Source: Antedon mediterranea (lineage: Eukaryota > Animalia > Echinodermata). Taken from it: a DNA stretch of 64,000 bases. Positions 27,101 through 40,800 of the stretch are shown here, one piece after another. A program made the translations under genes and the position numbers. The stretch is taken from positions 38,326,304 through 38,390,303 of the forward strand of contig NC_092671.1 in NCBI RefSeq assembly GCF_964355755.1, read 5' to 3'. Under the pieces are notes generated by a model, which was not told where the DNA came from, searched no databases, and saw only the letters and a list, made by a program, of their open reading frames with translations. Numbering within the stretch: the stretch's first letter is position 1; each line of letters starts with the position of its first letter.

Positions 27101-30100
27101 TTTGACCGTGTGTTTGTTTGACCGTGTGTTTCAGTCTATGTTTTACCCTAATACATTTATTTCTATCATGTATTAGTTTTAGTATAGGCCTAGGTGTTTG
27201 TTAGTTTTATTATGTATGGCTTTATTATAGGTATGACCTTATCTTTAGCATTATTTCATATATAGAATATTATCATAGCAGATGTGTTAACAATATTATG
27301 AAAGAAACTCCTGTAAAGGGTGCTGTACCTAAAGAAATAATGGTAGGAAGAAAATCATTTACTGATTCAGAAGACAGTAAGGAGGATGAGATATATGTGG
27401 AACGTCAACCTCATCAGCCCTTTCGGAGAACGAAAGGAACAGATAAGAGACGTTAGAAAACATGCAGAAGCTATAGAAAATGTAAATATTGTAAATAGAG
27501 AGTCTTTAAATGTTTATTACACAAATGCACAAAGTATTGTAAAAAAGATGGATGAACTGAAAATGGATATTGAACTCTACAAGCCACACATTATTGGAAT
27601 TACTGAAACGTGGGGCAAGCAAACAGTAACAGACGGTATACTTTCTATTCCTGATTACGACCTTTTCCGAAGGGATCATGATGGCGAAACCTCAGCAGGA
27701 GGAGTAATGTTGCTCTGTCACAAATCCTTGCAGGCCACTTCATGCTATGTGCTAAATGAGAATCAGTTCAACGAAAGTATTTGGTGCAAAATCAAGTTAA
27801 CATTATATGAAACAATATTGATTGGAGTATCAGGCCCGTATGCAGCATTTATAATGGGGCTGCCAAGGGCCCCCAGTCAGGGTCCAGGGGCCGAAGGCCC
27901 TGCAAAAATTTGCGTTATTTGACGTTCTAAAGACCTATGTAAGACTCTCTGTTGTGGCTTGGGCTAGTTGAACGATGGACACCAGAACTTAACGCTTTCA
28001 TGATGAGGCCAACTCAGCAGGGGTGGCGCCAGGATCTTCCCGACGCGGGGGCTACATTCCCCGACGAGGGGGCTATGCGAGCAAAGCGAGCATCACTAGG
28101 CTGTGGGCCAGGGGCCGCCAAGGGCCCCCGGCGGGGGTCCAGGGGGCGAATCCCCAGGAAGCAACGCGTTCTAGCGTCATTTGAGGTCTTTTTAATCAGA
28201 TTTAGGGTAGCCATTTTTTCCATTTTTTATAATGCATAAATAAAATACTGCGTGCAAAAAAACGATGCGCGTTGACTGTTTCAATCCATATTTTTCAATT
28301 TAAAAAATAAAAGTTCAAAGAAAATTTTGAAAAATAGAGTTGGAGGTCCCGGAAATTGGACTTATTATACTTCAAAACATGAAAAAAAATATATAAGTCC
28401 CTATCATGGGTTGTGACTGAGCTAAGAAATGTTTGAAAAATAGAGATGTTAGGTCCCGGAAAATGTACTTCTTGTTCTTCGAAATATGACCAGCTTTATT
28501 GTTGGGGCTGAGCTAAGAAAATGTTTAAAACTAGAGCTGCAGGTCTTCAAAAAATTGCATTTTATACTTTGGAAACATCAGGCCTAGAGGCTTAAAAAAC
28601 GCAAGCGTAGACCTTTTTCAGTCGGGGAAAAAAGTTTATTCCTCCCAGGTGTATGCATGCATACCATCTGGACTTCCGAGTGGTGAGAAATTCATGACAT
28701 ACAGTTGGAAAATAACACATTACACATTTTGGTCCCTGGATGAAACTTGATATCGCGCGTCTCGACCCAACGTTGAACGATTCGTACAAAGGGATACCGC
28801 CAGACAAGTGCGTACCTAGCTATTGTTTAGTAGTAAGTTAGATCGCTGGCAATAATGAATGCATATAAAGTGCATAATATCACTCTGACGTACTCTCACG
28901 GTCAATGAAACGTCGCGGTTTTCTAGGCGCTGAAGCTAGCTACGAAGTGAACGCGAACGCTTTTTACTGTATATTATATTCCCCGACAAAAAGTACACGT
29001 GTTCCCTGACGTTAAGTTGTCTGTATTTCTCCAGCAAACACTTTACCGCGTACATGAAGCGCTAAGCTATTGCTTGTCGTCACATGATCGACTGCGCATG
29101 TTTTACATCGAGTTTGTAGTCAGTTCAGATTCCGTAATTTAATTACTGGTATTTTTTCATTTTATATTAGCATATTTTTGTTTGTATACCATTGATAATG
29201 TAAATTTTGTATATATACAATGATATTGTCTTTAGTTAAACAAGACAAGAAAAAATACCAACCGAGGAAATAGTGGACCTTTTGGGACTTGGGGGGGGGG
29301 GTGCGTCTGCATCCAACGCACCCCCCCTGGATACGGGCCTGAGTATGTTACCGAAGCTGTGTCAGTAGCTCAAGACAAAACAACAGAGCCCTCAATATAC
29401 TAATCGAGGAATCCATGAAGCAGAATGTAACTCATACTGACTGTTAATGGGAGACTTTAATTATCCCCAGATCAAGTGGGAGAAATATAGAGTGGAAGCT
29501 GAAGGCATAAAGGGAGATGATGCTGAGAGTTTCTACGAAACAAGCCAAGACTTATTTCTACATCAGCATGTAATTGAGACGACAAGACACAAAGAAGGAC
29601 AAAGGCCATCAATGCTTGACCTGGTATTGACAAATGATGAAAGTGCAGTTGAAGAGATACAACATTGTAGCCCACTTGGGAAAAGTGATCATGATGTATT
29701 GTTTTTTGAGTATACTTGTTCAAGAAATCCTATTGGAAGTGATGAGAAAAAATTACGGAAAAGGTGATTATGAGAAACTAAATGATTCATTTGGGAAATT
29801 AAATTGGGATGCTCTGCTTGATGATAAAAGTTGTAACCCGGCATGGGAAACATTTATGGAAATCTACAATGCAGAAACTGAAAAATATATACCTAAGAGG
29901 TCAATGAGAAAGAACATGAAACCTGTATGGCTGAAAGCTAGAATAAAGAAGAGTATAAAGAAGAAACACAAATTATACAAAAAGTACAGACAGACAAACC
30001 AGTACAAGGACTACCTTGAGTACAAGAAACAGAGGAATTTCGCAAGTGCAAACGTGAGAAAGGCACGTATAGAACATGAGCAAAAGTTAATGAAGAACTT

Positions 30101-32504
30101 TAAGAAAAATCCTAAGCCAGTATACAAGTACATTAGGGAACAACAAAAAGTAAAAGAAGGTATAACTAATCTTGTAAAAGAAGATGGAAGTTTGACCGAA
30201 AATGACCAGGAAGCAGTTGAAATGTTGAGCAAATTTTTTCAATCTGTATATACCCATGAACCAGATGGTGACCTACCCCAGTTTGATAGCAGGAACAGCG
30301 ACAACATTCTTGAAAATATTGTATTTTCGGTAGAAGATGTTCAGAAAAAATTAAATCAACAGCAACCAAACAAAGCTCCTGGTCCAGATGGTGTCCATCC
30401 TATGGTTCTGAACCAATGTGCCAGTTCTCTAGCTCATCCACTTACTATCATTTTCAAGCTCTCACTTGAGACAGGTAAATTACCAAAAGATTGGAAGACT
30501 GCAAATGTCACACCAATTTTCAAGAAAGGATCCAAGAAGAAAGCTGAAAATTATCGGCCCATCAGCCTAACATCAATACCATGTAAAGTTTTTGAATCAA
30601 TCATCAAAGACAATGTGCTTGGCTTTGTTAAAGGAAGTAGAATGCTGTCTAGGTGTCAACATGGATTCCTAAGTGGTAGGTCTTGTCTAACAAATTTGCT
30701 ACAAACATTCGAAACAGTCACTGAAGCTCTAGATAGTGGTGAAGATGTGGATATCGTATACCTTGATTATATGAAGGCGTTCGATAGCGTTCCACATCAA
30801 AGACTAATTCACAAGCTGATAGGCTATGGAATATCTGGTAAGACTATAAATTGGATAGCTGAGTTTCTGGCAGGAAGAACACAGAAAGTAATTGTAAGAA
30901 ATACAACATCCAAGCCGGTAGATGTAGTGAGTGGAGTCCCACAAGGATCAGTCCTTGGCCCAATCCTATTCATCCTCTTCATAAACGATCTTCCAGATAA
31001 AATTATCAGCGCAGACTTTAACATGTTTGCAGATGATGCAAAGATTATAAAGACCATCAAAGAAAAATCGGATTCAAGAAAACTTCAAATTGATCTTGAT
31101 AGGGCTCAGGAATGGTCAGAGGACTGGCTGCTAAAATTCAATACCAAGAAATGCGAAGTGCTCCATGTTGGTAGAAAGACAGAGAAATCAGAATATTGTC
31201 TAAATGGAGAAACGTTATTGGCAGTAAACGAAGAAAAAGATCTTGGTGTTATCTTCACTAGCGACTGCAAGCCAAGCCGACAGTGTGCTGCAGCAGCAGC
31301 TAGAGCGACGAATAGTATGAGAACTGTCAAAAGAACATTCAAAAATATTGACAAAGAAAGTTTTCAGGTCATGTACAAGGCATACATCCATCCACATATG
31401 GAATACTGTATACAGTCCTGGTCTCCTTACTATAACAAAGACAAAGAAATCTTGGAGAAGGTGCAGAGAAGAGCTACAAAGATGGTCAAGTCAATAAGTG
31501 ATCTACCATATGAAAAAAGGTTAGAATATCTTGATCTTCAACCATTCGAGACAAGAAGACTACGAGGAGATTTGATTGAAGCTTTCAAAATCACTGGAAT
31601 TCTCTGCCTGAATATGTAATACAAGCCTCTTCAGTGAACATCTTTAAGTCTAGACTTGACAACTATTTTCGGCTAGAAATGGAATCTAATAGGCACTAGC
31701 CTAAACTATTTCCATCAAACATTAAGTGTAAGTGTAAGTGTTTCAATTATGTGTTCTGCCTAAACTTAATTAAATTGAATTTGTTTGTAATTTATACTGG
31801 GTGACCTCTTCAGTCAAAGACTGATCTCCCAGAGGGCCTAGTGGCTGTGTGTACTAGTAAACCGGGGTAACCCCCTACTCGTGTCGAAACATGTACTAGG
31901 TTCTTTAAAGTGCACACGAGCTAGATGTGTACACTGGACCTACGGTTTATAGTCCTTATCCGAAAAGACTTGTTCTACTCTCAGAACCATGGAGCCAGTG
32001 AGCCTCAAACCCTTGAACCCTTGCCGATGTTATTGCTACATAATTACGGTCCCACTGTCTTTACCGCTCGGCCAAATTGATTAATATCATGGTACTTTAA
32101 CCATTGTGTTATTGTTGGCTACTAAAATGTTTAAAGTTTAAAACGGACCAAACATACTTTCTGTGCTAAATTTGTGGTGTAATTTTATTTGTGACAACCA
32201 AGGAAAAATTCAGACTATGAGTTTGACCAAATAAATTGAAATAATCGATTAAAATAAATTAATATTTTTTAAGTAGTTCATATCAGCTGCTGCTTTTACA
32301 GATTTTTTCGAGATAAACTACTTTACAAATAGTACATTCAGCATGTTTCCAAAATGTAGATTAATATTTATTATTCTTTTATTGCAGGAAAGTTTTGAAG
32401 GACAGATGACAGAAAATAATATTGAGATTGGAATTTGTAACGAGGCTGGTTTCCGACGATTACCGCCAACAGAAGTGAAAGATTATCTGGCGTCAATAGC
32501 TTAA
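24135..32504 (+). CDS. PSMA2: Proteasome subunit alpha type-2 (235 aa)
   Basis: Exons 24135-24172, 24717-24926, 25433-25555, 26082-26301, 32388-32504. [25 protein letters not shown]...[13 protein letters not shown]...[10 protein letters not shown]. Confidence 0.97.
25581..25710. repeat. 21-bp tandem repeat (~6 copies) inside a family B MITE
   Basis: (GATATGCCCAAATATGGTAGT)n; explains the spurious ISLPYLG / YHYHIWA ORFs. Confidence 0.9.
26340..26479. mobile_element. Small MITE family D
   Basis: Imperfect TIR AGCTTGGTTCCTACTTGGACACAA...TTGCGTCCAAGTGGGAAACAAGGT; related end at ~48885-48930. Confidence 0.55.
27290..31740 (+). mobile_element. Decayed CR1-clade LINE (APE endonuclease + reverse transcriptase) in PSMA2 intron 4
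   Basis: EN motifs [21 protein letters not shown]; RT motifs [38 protein letters not shown]; C-terminal [14 protein letters not shown] after an internal deletion near 31595; (TAAGTG)3 tail. Frameshift near 29750 and a nested insertion. 5' boundary approximate. Confidence 0.92.
27831..29341. mobile_element. Non-autonomous TIR DNA transposon nested in the LINE endonuclease (hAT5-like)
   Basis: TIR CAGGCCCGTAT...ATACGGGCCTG; 5-bp TSD AGTAT (27826-27830, 29342-29346); removal restores IGVCYRS. Confidence 0.85.
31776..32074 (-). mobile_element. tRNA-derived SINE with Deu/Nin-like central domain
   Basis: Minus strand: box A TGGCCGAGCGGT, box-B-like GGTTCAAG/GGTTTGAG, core GGATAAGGACTATAAACCGTAGGTCC..GCACTTTAAAGAACC..GAGTAGGGGGTTACCCCGG, A/T-rich tail. 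Confidence 0.7.
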
Positions 32505-32593
32505 AACACTATTTTTGTACTGTTTTAAAAACATATTTGTTTTCAATAGTGATTACCCAACAGAAGTGGAAGATTGTGTAGAGTCCAGCTTAA

Positions 32594-32715
32594 AGCCTTG
32601 TCTACACGATCAAACTTTATGTGAAAAATGTGATGTTCCTATATATGGTCATGATGATGTCATATCACTACCATATTTGGGCTCATCACACTTTTTTTGT
32701 CAAGTAGACAGAGCT
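32594..32715. mobile_element. MITE family B copy downstream of the PSMA2 stop
   Basis: taa|AGCCTTGTCTACACGATCAAACT...GTAGACAGAGCT|taa. Confidence 0.75.
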
Positions 32716-33004
32716 TAAAACACTTTTTTGTACAGTTTCAAAACCTACTTGTTTTTAATAGTTTTGCTTGTAACTGTTAATCTTATAATAATAAAACATA
32801 TACCATATTACTGCATAAATGATACATTTTGAAAAGTTTATATTTTCATTTGTTTCTGCCAAAAAATCCCTATTATATATTATATTATACAAATAATGAA
32901 TGTTTATGTATAATGGTACAAATAATGGCATGAGGTGAAAGGTTATGTCCACAAATAAAAAGGTATAAATTATATATTGAGGTGAAATGCGCACATGATG
33001 TGCG

Positions 33005-33930
33005 TACAGGGACTTTAAAAAAAAGACCAAATTTTGACCCTTTTATTTTTCGAAATAACTGGTTACAAACACTCTATAAGATGATGGTAACGTATTATAG
33101 GCGCATATATAGCAACATTATTGCATAATAATTGATTTTAAAAAGTGGATATTTTGGCCATTTTTTGATAAAATTCCTGTACAGGGATTTTTTCCAAAAT
33201 TGGGCAAATTTCGACTCTTTTATTTTTTTAAATAACTGGTTACAAACACTCTATAAGATGATGGTAACGTATTATAGGCGCATATATAGCAACATCATTG
33301 CATAATAATTGATTTTAAAAAGTGGATATTTTGGCCATTTTTCGATAAAATTCCTGTACAGGAATTTTTTCCAAAATTGGGCAAATTTCGACTCTTATTT
33401 TTTTAAATAACTGGTTACAAACACTCTATAAGATGATGATAACGCAATATATGCGCATATATAGCAATATTATTGCATAATAATTGAATTTTAAAAAGTG
33501 GATATTTTGGCTAATTTTTAAAAAAATCCCTGTACTATAGTACAGGGATTTTTTCCAAAAACGACCAAATTTCCACCCTTTTATTTTTCGAAATAACTGG
33601 TTACAAACACTCTATAAGATGATGATAACGCAACATATGCGCATATATAGCAATATTATCGCATAATAATTGATTTTAAAAAGTGGATATTTTGGCCATT
33701 TTTCAAAGAAATCCCTGTACTATTACAGAGTTTTTTTCCAAAATTGGGCAAATTTCGACTCTTTTATTTTTCGAAATAACTGGTTACAAACACTATAAAT
33801 TGATGAAAACGCAATATATGCCAATATATAGCAATATTATTGCATAATAATTGATTTTAAAAAGTGGATATAAAAAAATGACAAAATTTCGCATAATATT
33901 TTGGCTATTTTCGAAAAAATCCCTGTACTA
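33005..33930. repeat. ~180-bp tandem satellite, ~5 copies, between convergent PSMA2 and collagen 3' ends
   Basis: Recurrent AAATAACTGGTTACAAACACTCTATAAGATGATG and TTGCATAATAATTGATTTTAAAAAGTGGATAT about every 176-184 bp. Confidence 0.9.
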
Positions 33931-34836
33931 TAGTATATAGATTTTGTACATCTGTTAGTATAACTGGTTACTATGACTTGGGTCCTAGACACGATAAAAA
34001 GATGATTGTCAATAAACAGTAAGTATGGGCTCTTCAAGAGAAGATTTTATTTCACAAATTCAGTTGGTTGACTTTTTAAAAAACTGACATTATTGAAAGT
34101 GTTTAAAACAGGATTGGATTTGAAGACAGGTTTGATTACACAAGTCTCTTATATTCATTAACATACAACTTTGAGGTCACTTGATGACATAGTGCTGAGG
34201 TCAAAGTTTAAGAGTTTTATGATACAAAAATATAAAAATATATTCCAACAACAGATTTCCTAAAGTTGTATTAACTGTCTTCAACTACGCAGTATTTTGA
34301 AAAAGTAAGCAAATATAAATTATTATAGTGATTGCATAGCTTTTGATCTACCTATGAGAATACAAGTTGTATATTTTCAATTAGTTAAAAACACTTTTAA
34401 AATAATTATATTGGAAAAACTAATTTGAATAAAATACTGAATCTCTCTAGCATGATTGATGGAAAAACTGTATTCTACTACTGCACAATCTATAAACTAC
34501 TCTGCCAATGCAGCGTGAGATGGTAAAAAAGTCACTGTAAACCATAGCCTGATTTCAGCTCTTTCTAGCCAATTAGCACCATTTAATCCATTGGGGTAAA
34601 ACTAGGGTATTAATCCCCGTATTGTTACCATTCACAAGTTAAAAAGTTACATACAAAGATTATTTTTTTTTTATTAATTTTTTTTTATTTAAAAGCACCA
34701 TGTTAAAATCACTTAAAATATGTACGTCCCTAAACAATCTAATCAATTCGGCTAACTGAGACTCTTACTGACGCAGAAAGATCATCTCCTCCTGTAATTG
34801 ATGGTAGTGGTCAAAAGAGTCTGGTTAATTTGAAAT

Positions 34837-37800
34837 CTATGAGAAGCAAACTGCTCCAATTTCGAGGCCGAATTGTTGGTCTTGACTTCCGATATCAGCA
34901 ATTGCTACATCAATGATGGGTAGTCGGGTGTTCTTCTTTGTGTTATATTCAAATACAGTCTTGGCCCAATCACCGGTAGGTTCCTACAAGAAATAAAGTA
35001 TCAATATTTAGTAAATTCATTAAACAACTGATTTTACATAAATTCCCAAAAAGGAGACTTTTTACATCTGCAAAATGTAACAACTTGTAACCAGGTTTGC
35101 ATAGTGTGAAGAAAATTAACTTAAGTTTGAATAAAAAGTGAACTTGCATTTTGTTCTGTACAATAAATTTAAAAGCTTTTGGAAACTTACTTTGCAGCCA
35201 TCTTCAAGTACTGAGTATCGGAATTGTTTCTTGCCATCGGCGGTCAATTCAATTTCGCTGCTGGTCATCAATTTGATGGATTTGTCCAATTCATCATCAG
35301 CATCAGCATATCCGACAGAGTTCAAGCAGTTGAAGGTGATGTTCTGTCTGGCGTTGCTAGTAAGAAGTCTCAAGAAAGCCATCTGGGCTTGGTCGGCGTA
35401 TGCGAATTGGTATCCTCCCTTCATGTCACTGAAGTAAACGCTCTTGGCTTTGCCAAGGTAGTATTGGGCTCGTGGTACGGTTCCCTCTACCGGGGCTACG
35501 CAAGTCTCCATTGTTTTCTTGTCACAGTATACTTCAAAGGCATCTGATGAGCATCCCTGGTTAGGATCAATGAAGTATTTGCCTACAGGAGAAGAAGATA
35601 ATAATATATTATATTAATTTATTTATTTAAGTACTATAATATTAATATTAATAAAACACTGTTCTGTCAGGCTTGCTGTAATATGTATTTGCTTAATCAA
35701 CAGTGTAGCATGTTTAGCTCTGTCTACACTATCAAACTAGTTTTGCAAATAAAGGGTGATATGGTAGTGATATGACATCATCATGTCCATATAAGGGGTG
35801 GAGGCAGAAAAGCTTGTGGTGTCTTACCGCTTGGGAGGTCTGGGTAGCATTGGAAGAGGTCTTTGCATGTTCTTGCTGGACTAGCCTTGGTTCCAAGTGG
35901 AGATTTGATGGCCTGGATCTGGTAGTTCAATGATCGGAGAGCTCGGAGGATCTCAACATCTGAAAGCTCAACATTTTCATCATTGGCCTGATCAGCATAC
36001 TGAAAGGTAATAACATTATTTGTATTAAAAACAATGGTACATTATATAGTTAATATATACTTAGATTTGTCTTTTCACATTCTTCGAAAACATTTAAACA
36101 ATCCATAACAATTTCTTTACATGTATAATATCTATTACTACACAATCTATAAACTAAATGAACTAAGCTACAGTTTTAGTATGTTTCATAAGTAAAACCT
36201 GTATAAGGGTAGGTGTTAATTACAATCACTTTATTTCACACAACTCCATGTTACAACACAGAAGAGGCCAGGGGCGATCATGCTTCAAACCCCTAATTTT
36301 TACAAAAACATTTTGTAGGAATAGTTTCCGTACACATATACAAGGTTTGTGAAACCTAGTCAAATTTTGATTGCAATGACAACCCAAGGTTTATAGAAAT
36401 TATAAAAAACTAAAGCAGTAGCACAATATTTTAAAACATTGCTTAAAATATCTACTCTAAGTGTACTACTACAAACATTAAAATATTGCTTCCAATTTTA
36501 TTTAACATTAATACAATAAAAACAGATTAAATCATATGTATAAGAGATATGTACAAAAAATTACAGTGTAACAAAAACTATCTAGAATACGGTACCAGCA
36601 ATGACATGAATTGGGACAATATAGCGTACACTTGTGTTAAGCTCGACAACAATGCACAGGTCACATATTAGGGACATTTATAAAACTTACAGGCTGGTCC
36701 CCATATAGATACCCTGATGGATCAGTGTTGCCCTTGGTTGAACTTGACGCCAATCTCGCTAAGTATGCAGATGCATATGCATTCTAATTTTATAAGTATA
36801 CAGGAAAAGAAGGATAGGTTAATATGAAGTATAAAAATTTATAATCCGATACTTACGTAATATTCTCCCATACTGGGTCCCTTTGGTGCGCTCTGTGGGT
36901 AGACTGGGGCTCTGTAACCGTACTAAAAAAATCCACCATACATGTTATATTTGTATTTCAGTATAATAACATTTAAGCCCAAAGAGTATGTAGTTATAAC
37001 TGCAGCATATTAGTACATATCTATTCATTACTATTGATGTTAAAACATAAATATATGTATAATATGTATATAGTAGTAAATTATAATTAAAATTATCTCG
37101 CCATTTCTTTTGGGAATATATATATTTATAGTATAAATTATAATAATACTTTACATAATAGAAATATTTAAATGTAATATTAAAAAAAAAAATAATAAAA
37201 ATATCCAACTTACAGCATCTCCTGAGGCACCCTGAAATCAAGCAAAAACAACAATTATTTAAAAAAAATACAATAACATATAATATGGTTTTCAATACTT
37301 AAGCAGTTTTTGAATAAATACTATGAACAATTATGAAAAATGAAACTTACTGGTGGACCTGGAGGTCCTGGTGGACCAGCTGGACCTGGGGTACCATCTG
37401 CACCTCGTGGACCACGGGCACCAGTGCTACCAGTTCGTCCTTGTTGACCTGGGTTACCAGCTGGACCGCTGCTACCTCGGGAACCTGGTGTTCCTCTAAG
37501 ACCTGGGGATCCAGACTCACCAGATGAGCCAGTTTCTCCTGGGGGTCCTTGTGGTCCTGGAAGACCTGGAGCTCCCATCATACCTGGATGTCCTTTGTGG
37601 CCCTAAAGAAAAATAATTGTTTTTATTACCAAAAATATCTTCAAAATTTCTATGTCAGTATTTTTATAATAAATTGTAATAGTATGCTTATGTTAAACAT
37701 AATACAGCAAGAACAATATAAATAATAAAGATAATATTGAAAATTAGGTAGACTTACAGCAGCACCTTGAGCGCCTCTAGCACCTTGAGCTCCTGGGGCA

Positions 37801-40800
37801 CCAGCTGGACCCTAAATTGGAAAAAACAGTTTTAAATTTTAATATTTGAATTTCTAAAAAAGGTGTAAAACATTTATAAAATATAATTTAAGCAAAGAAA
37901 TCTGTTTTATACAAACAATTTGACTTTGTATTCATAGTTTATTGATGAATGTGTAAGAATGATTTTTGCACTAAACCCAACTCGCTAATTAAACAAGTAA
38001 GATTGAAGTAAATACATACAGCTGGACCAACAGCACCACGTTCACCAGATGGACCGGAAGGTCCAGCAATACCTGGTGAACCACGGTCACCTCGTTCACC
38101 ATCAGATCCTTGTGATCCTGGGGCACCTGGTGGTCCGGCAATTCCTGGGGCTCCTGAAACTCCTGGTGCACCAGCATCTCCCTTATCTCCTCTGGCTCCT
38201 TGTGGTCCTGGTTGTCCATCATTACCTGGTTCACCCTAAAGTACAAAACAAAAAAAGTGAACATCTTATCTAACGTCAAGTCAATTTAAGAAGTTAAAAG
38301 TAAAGTATTTGCATCTGACTAGGATATAACATGGAGGAATAACAACAACGGCAACAGCAATAACAACATAGATATTTATAATATCCAAAATGCAAACTTA
38401 CAGATTGTCCTCGTTCTCCTTGCATTCCTGGCATACCAGCTGGACCTGCAGGTCCAGTTTGTCCTCTTTCTCCAGCAGGTCCTTGAGTACCTTGGGCACC
38501 ACTATCTCCAGACATACCTGGAGCACCTGGAAGACCACGTACACCAGCTGGACCTGGCATACCCTATAAATTAAAAGGAGCAATTATTCACTAAACTTAA
38601 ATTATTATCACTAAATCTGATTTAAGGCCTACTATGCAATCTAAAATATTGAACAGTACACCTCTTCTGCGTGTCCTGCAACATTTACTAAGTAAAAGAA
38701 AATATCTACATTAAATCAGGGAGATGTAAAATAAAAATTTTACATCTCCCTGATTAAATCAATCAATAGAGCATTTTTAATATAGTAATAAATATGTAGT
38801 ATACTTACCAAAATACCTGAGGGGCCGGATTCACCTGGTCTTCCTGGGGAACCAGTCAAACCCTGAAAAGCAATAAACATTGAATTAAGTAAAACAAAAC
38901 TGCACTTCCTTGACTATGCACTTAAGTATTATAAAAAAATTTAGGATTATGTCAATAATTATTAAAATATATTTCAAAATGTCATTTTTTTGTAATACTA
39001 CTAATAATACTGTAAGTATTTTAAATACATACTTGTGGACCTGTATCTCCTTCATCTCCCTTGTCTCCTTCTTGGCCTGGTGCTCCTGGGGCTCCAAGAC
39101 CACCTGGTCGTCCTGGGCTACCTGAATCTCCACGGGGTCCCTACAACAAAATGTACATGTAAATTAATAGTTTTCTAACCTTGTCATTAACAAGAGAATG
39201 TCTTTAGAATTGGTAAGCAAGGATTTTTAATAAACCAACGCATAGTGCCAGTTGTACACCTTATATCAACCTCTGTTGATGATGATGAGGGTTTTTTTTT
39301 TATGGTGAGGGGGTTCTGTGATGGCTAGGTAGCTCTTTGATGGGAAGAAGGCCCTGTTGTGGTGAGGTGATTATTTGATGACAAGGTTTCTCTTTGAGGG
39401 CGAGATCGCCCTGTTATGGTGAGGTGGCTATTTGATGAGAAGGTTTCTCTTTGAGGGTGAGATGGCCCTGTTATGGTGAGGTGGCTATTTGATGAGAAGG
39501 TTTCTCTTTGAGGGTGAGATAGCAAGAAACGACTTCAGAGTGTATTACTTACGGGTTGTCCATCTTTTCCTGGGGAACCAGTAGCACCAACAGATCCAAC
39601 AGCTCCCTGATAACAACAATTACATAAATCATTACTGATGTAATAAAATATACAGTAGTTAATAATCTTAGTAATGAAATACAATCTACCTAACTGTGTA
39701 ATGAAATTTTAACTTACGGAAGGTCCTTGTGGGCCGACAGGTCCCATTGGTCCTGGAAGTCCGGCAGCACCCTGTAAAACATTAAAAGATTGAATCGCAA
39801 TTAAGTTTCCACAGTCAAAGAGGGAAAATTGATATATTAGTAATAGAACTCGTAAGTACAATGAATATTGATATTAATCAAACATATCAGTTTGTAATTT
39901 GAATTTTATCTGTAAAATTAACTAAATCAATCAATCAAATATACTTGTGATTAATATACTTACAACTGCGCCACCTTCACCTCTATCTCCCTTGGGTCCG
40001 GCAACACCTGGGGCTCCCTGAAATCAAAACATTTATCATTGTAAAATAAAAAACATTTCTAGATTTATTATAGATTTATTATACAATTTTAGGTAAAAAG
40101 TTTGGCATAAAAAAATATCTAGACCAAAAGGTTTTTTCAACATATTTAATATTATATCTTGGGGTGGGTCAAACTTAAAGTCTTTCTGACTTATATGACC
40201 CTCCCAAAATGATTACTTCATTATATTTTTTATCCTGTATGTTATTATATTGTGGAAATAAATTGAAATTGAAATTACTGTTTTTGTTATAAAATGTGAT
40301 TTTTTTATATTAGTTATATACTTTACCTGGGCACCTGGGGCACCTGATTGTCCTGATGGTCCTGATGGGCCAGATTCTCCACGTTCACCAGTTGCTCCAG
40401 AGTCTCCCTTTCGTCCTTGTGCGCCAGCTGGACCCTATCATAGTTAAAAATTTAGAAGATTATATTATGGATAATGTTGCTATTTTTTGTAAAATTCTGT
40501 ACAGTAAAAAAGAATGGTAATTAACTATTTGTTTTTACTGTACAAAATGATATAATTTATAGGTTGAAAAAACTAAACTAAAACAATGCATTATGTTATA
40601 AACATTTAAAAATTATTAAATTATACTATGTAATCACAAACAGCATACACTACGAGATTTTATTATGTAAAAAAGCATAAACTACAACATTATACTAAAG
40701 CATAAACTACAACACTATACTAAAGCATAAACTACAACACTATACTAAAGCATAAACTACAACATTATACTAAAGCATAAACTACAACATTATACTAAAG

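Noticed and set aside
29634-31619. 661-aa RT as a domesticated or active gene
   Set aside because: Frameshift, interrupted endonuclease and C-terminal deletion indicate a dead LINE copy.
31990-32074. Possible tRNA gene
   Set aside because: Has A/B boxes but no clean cloverleaf; continues into a SINE body.
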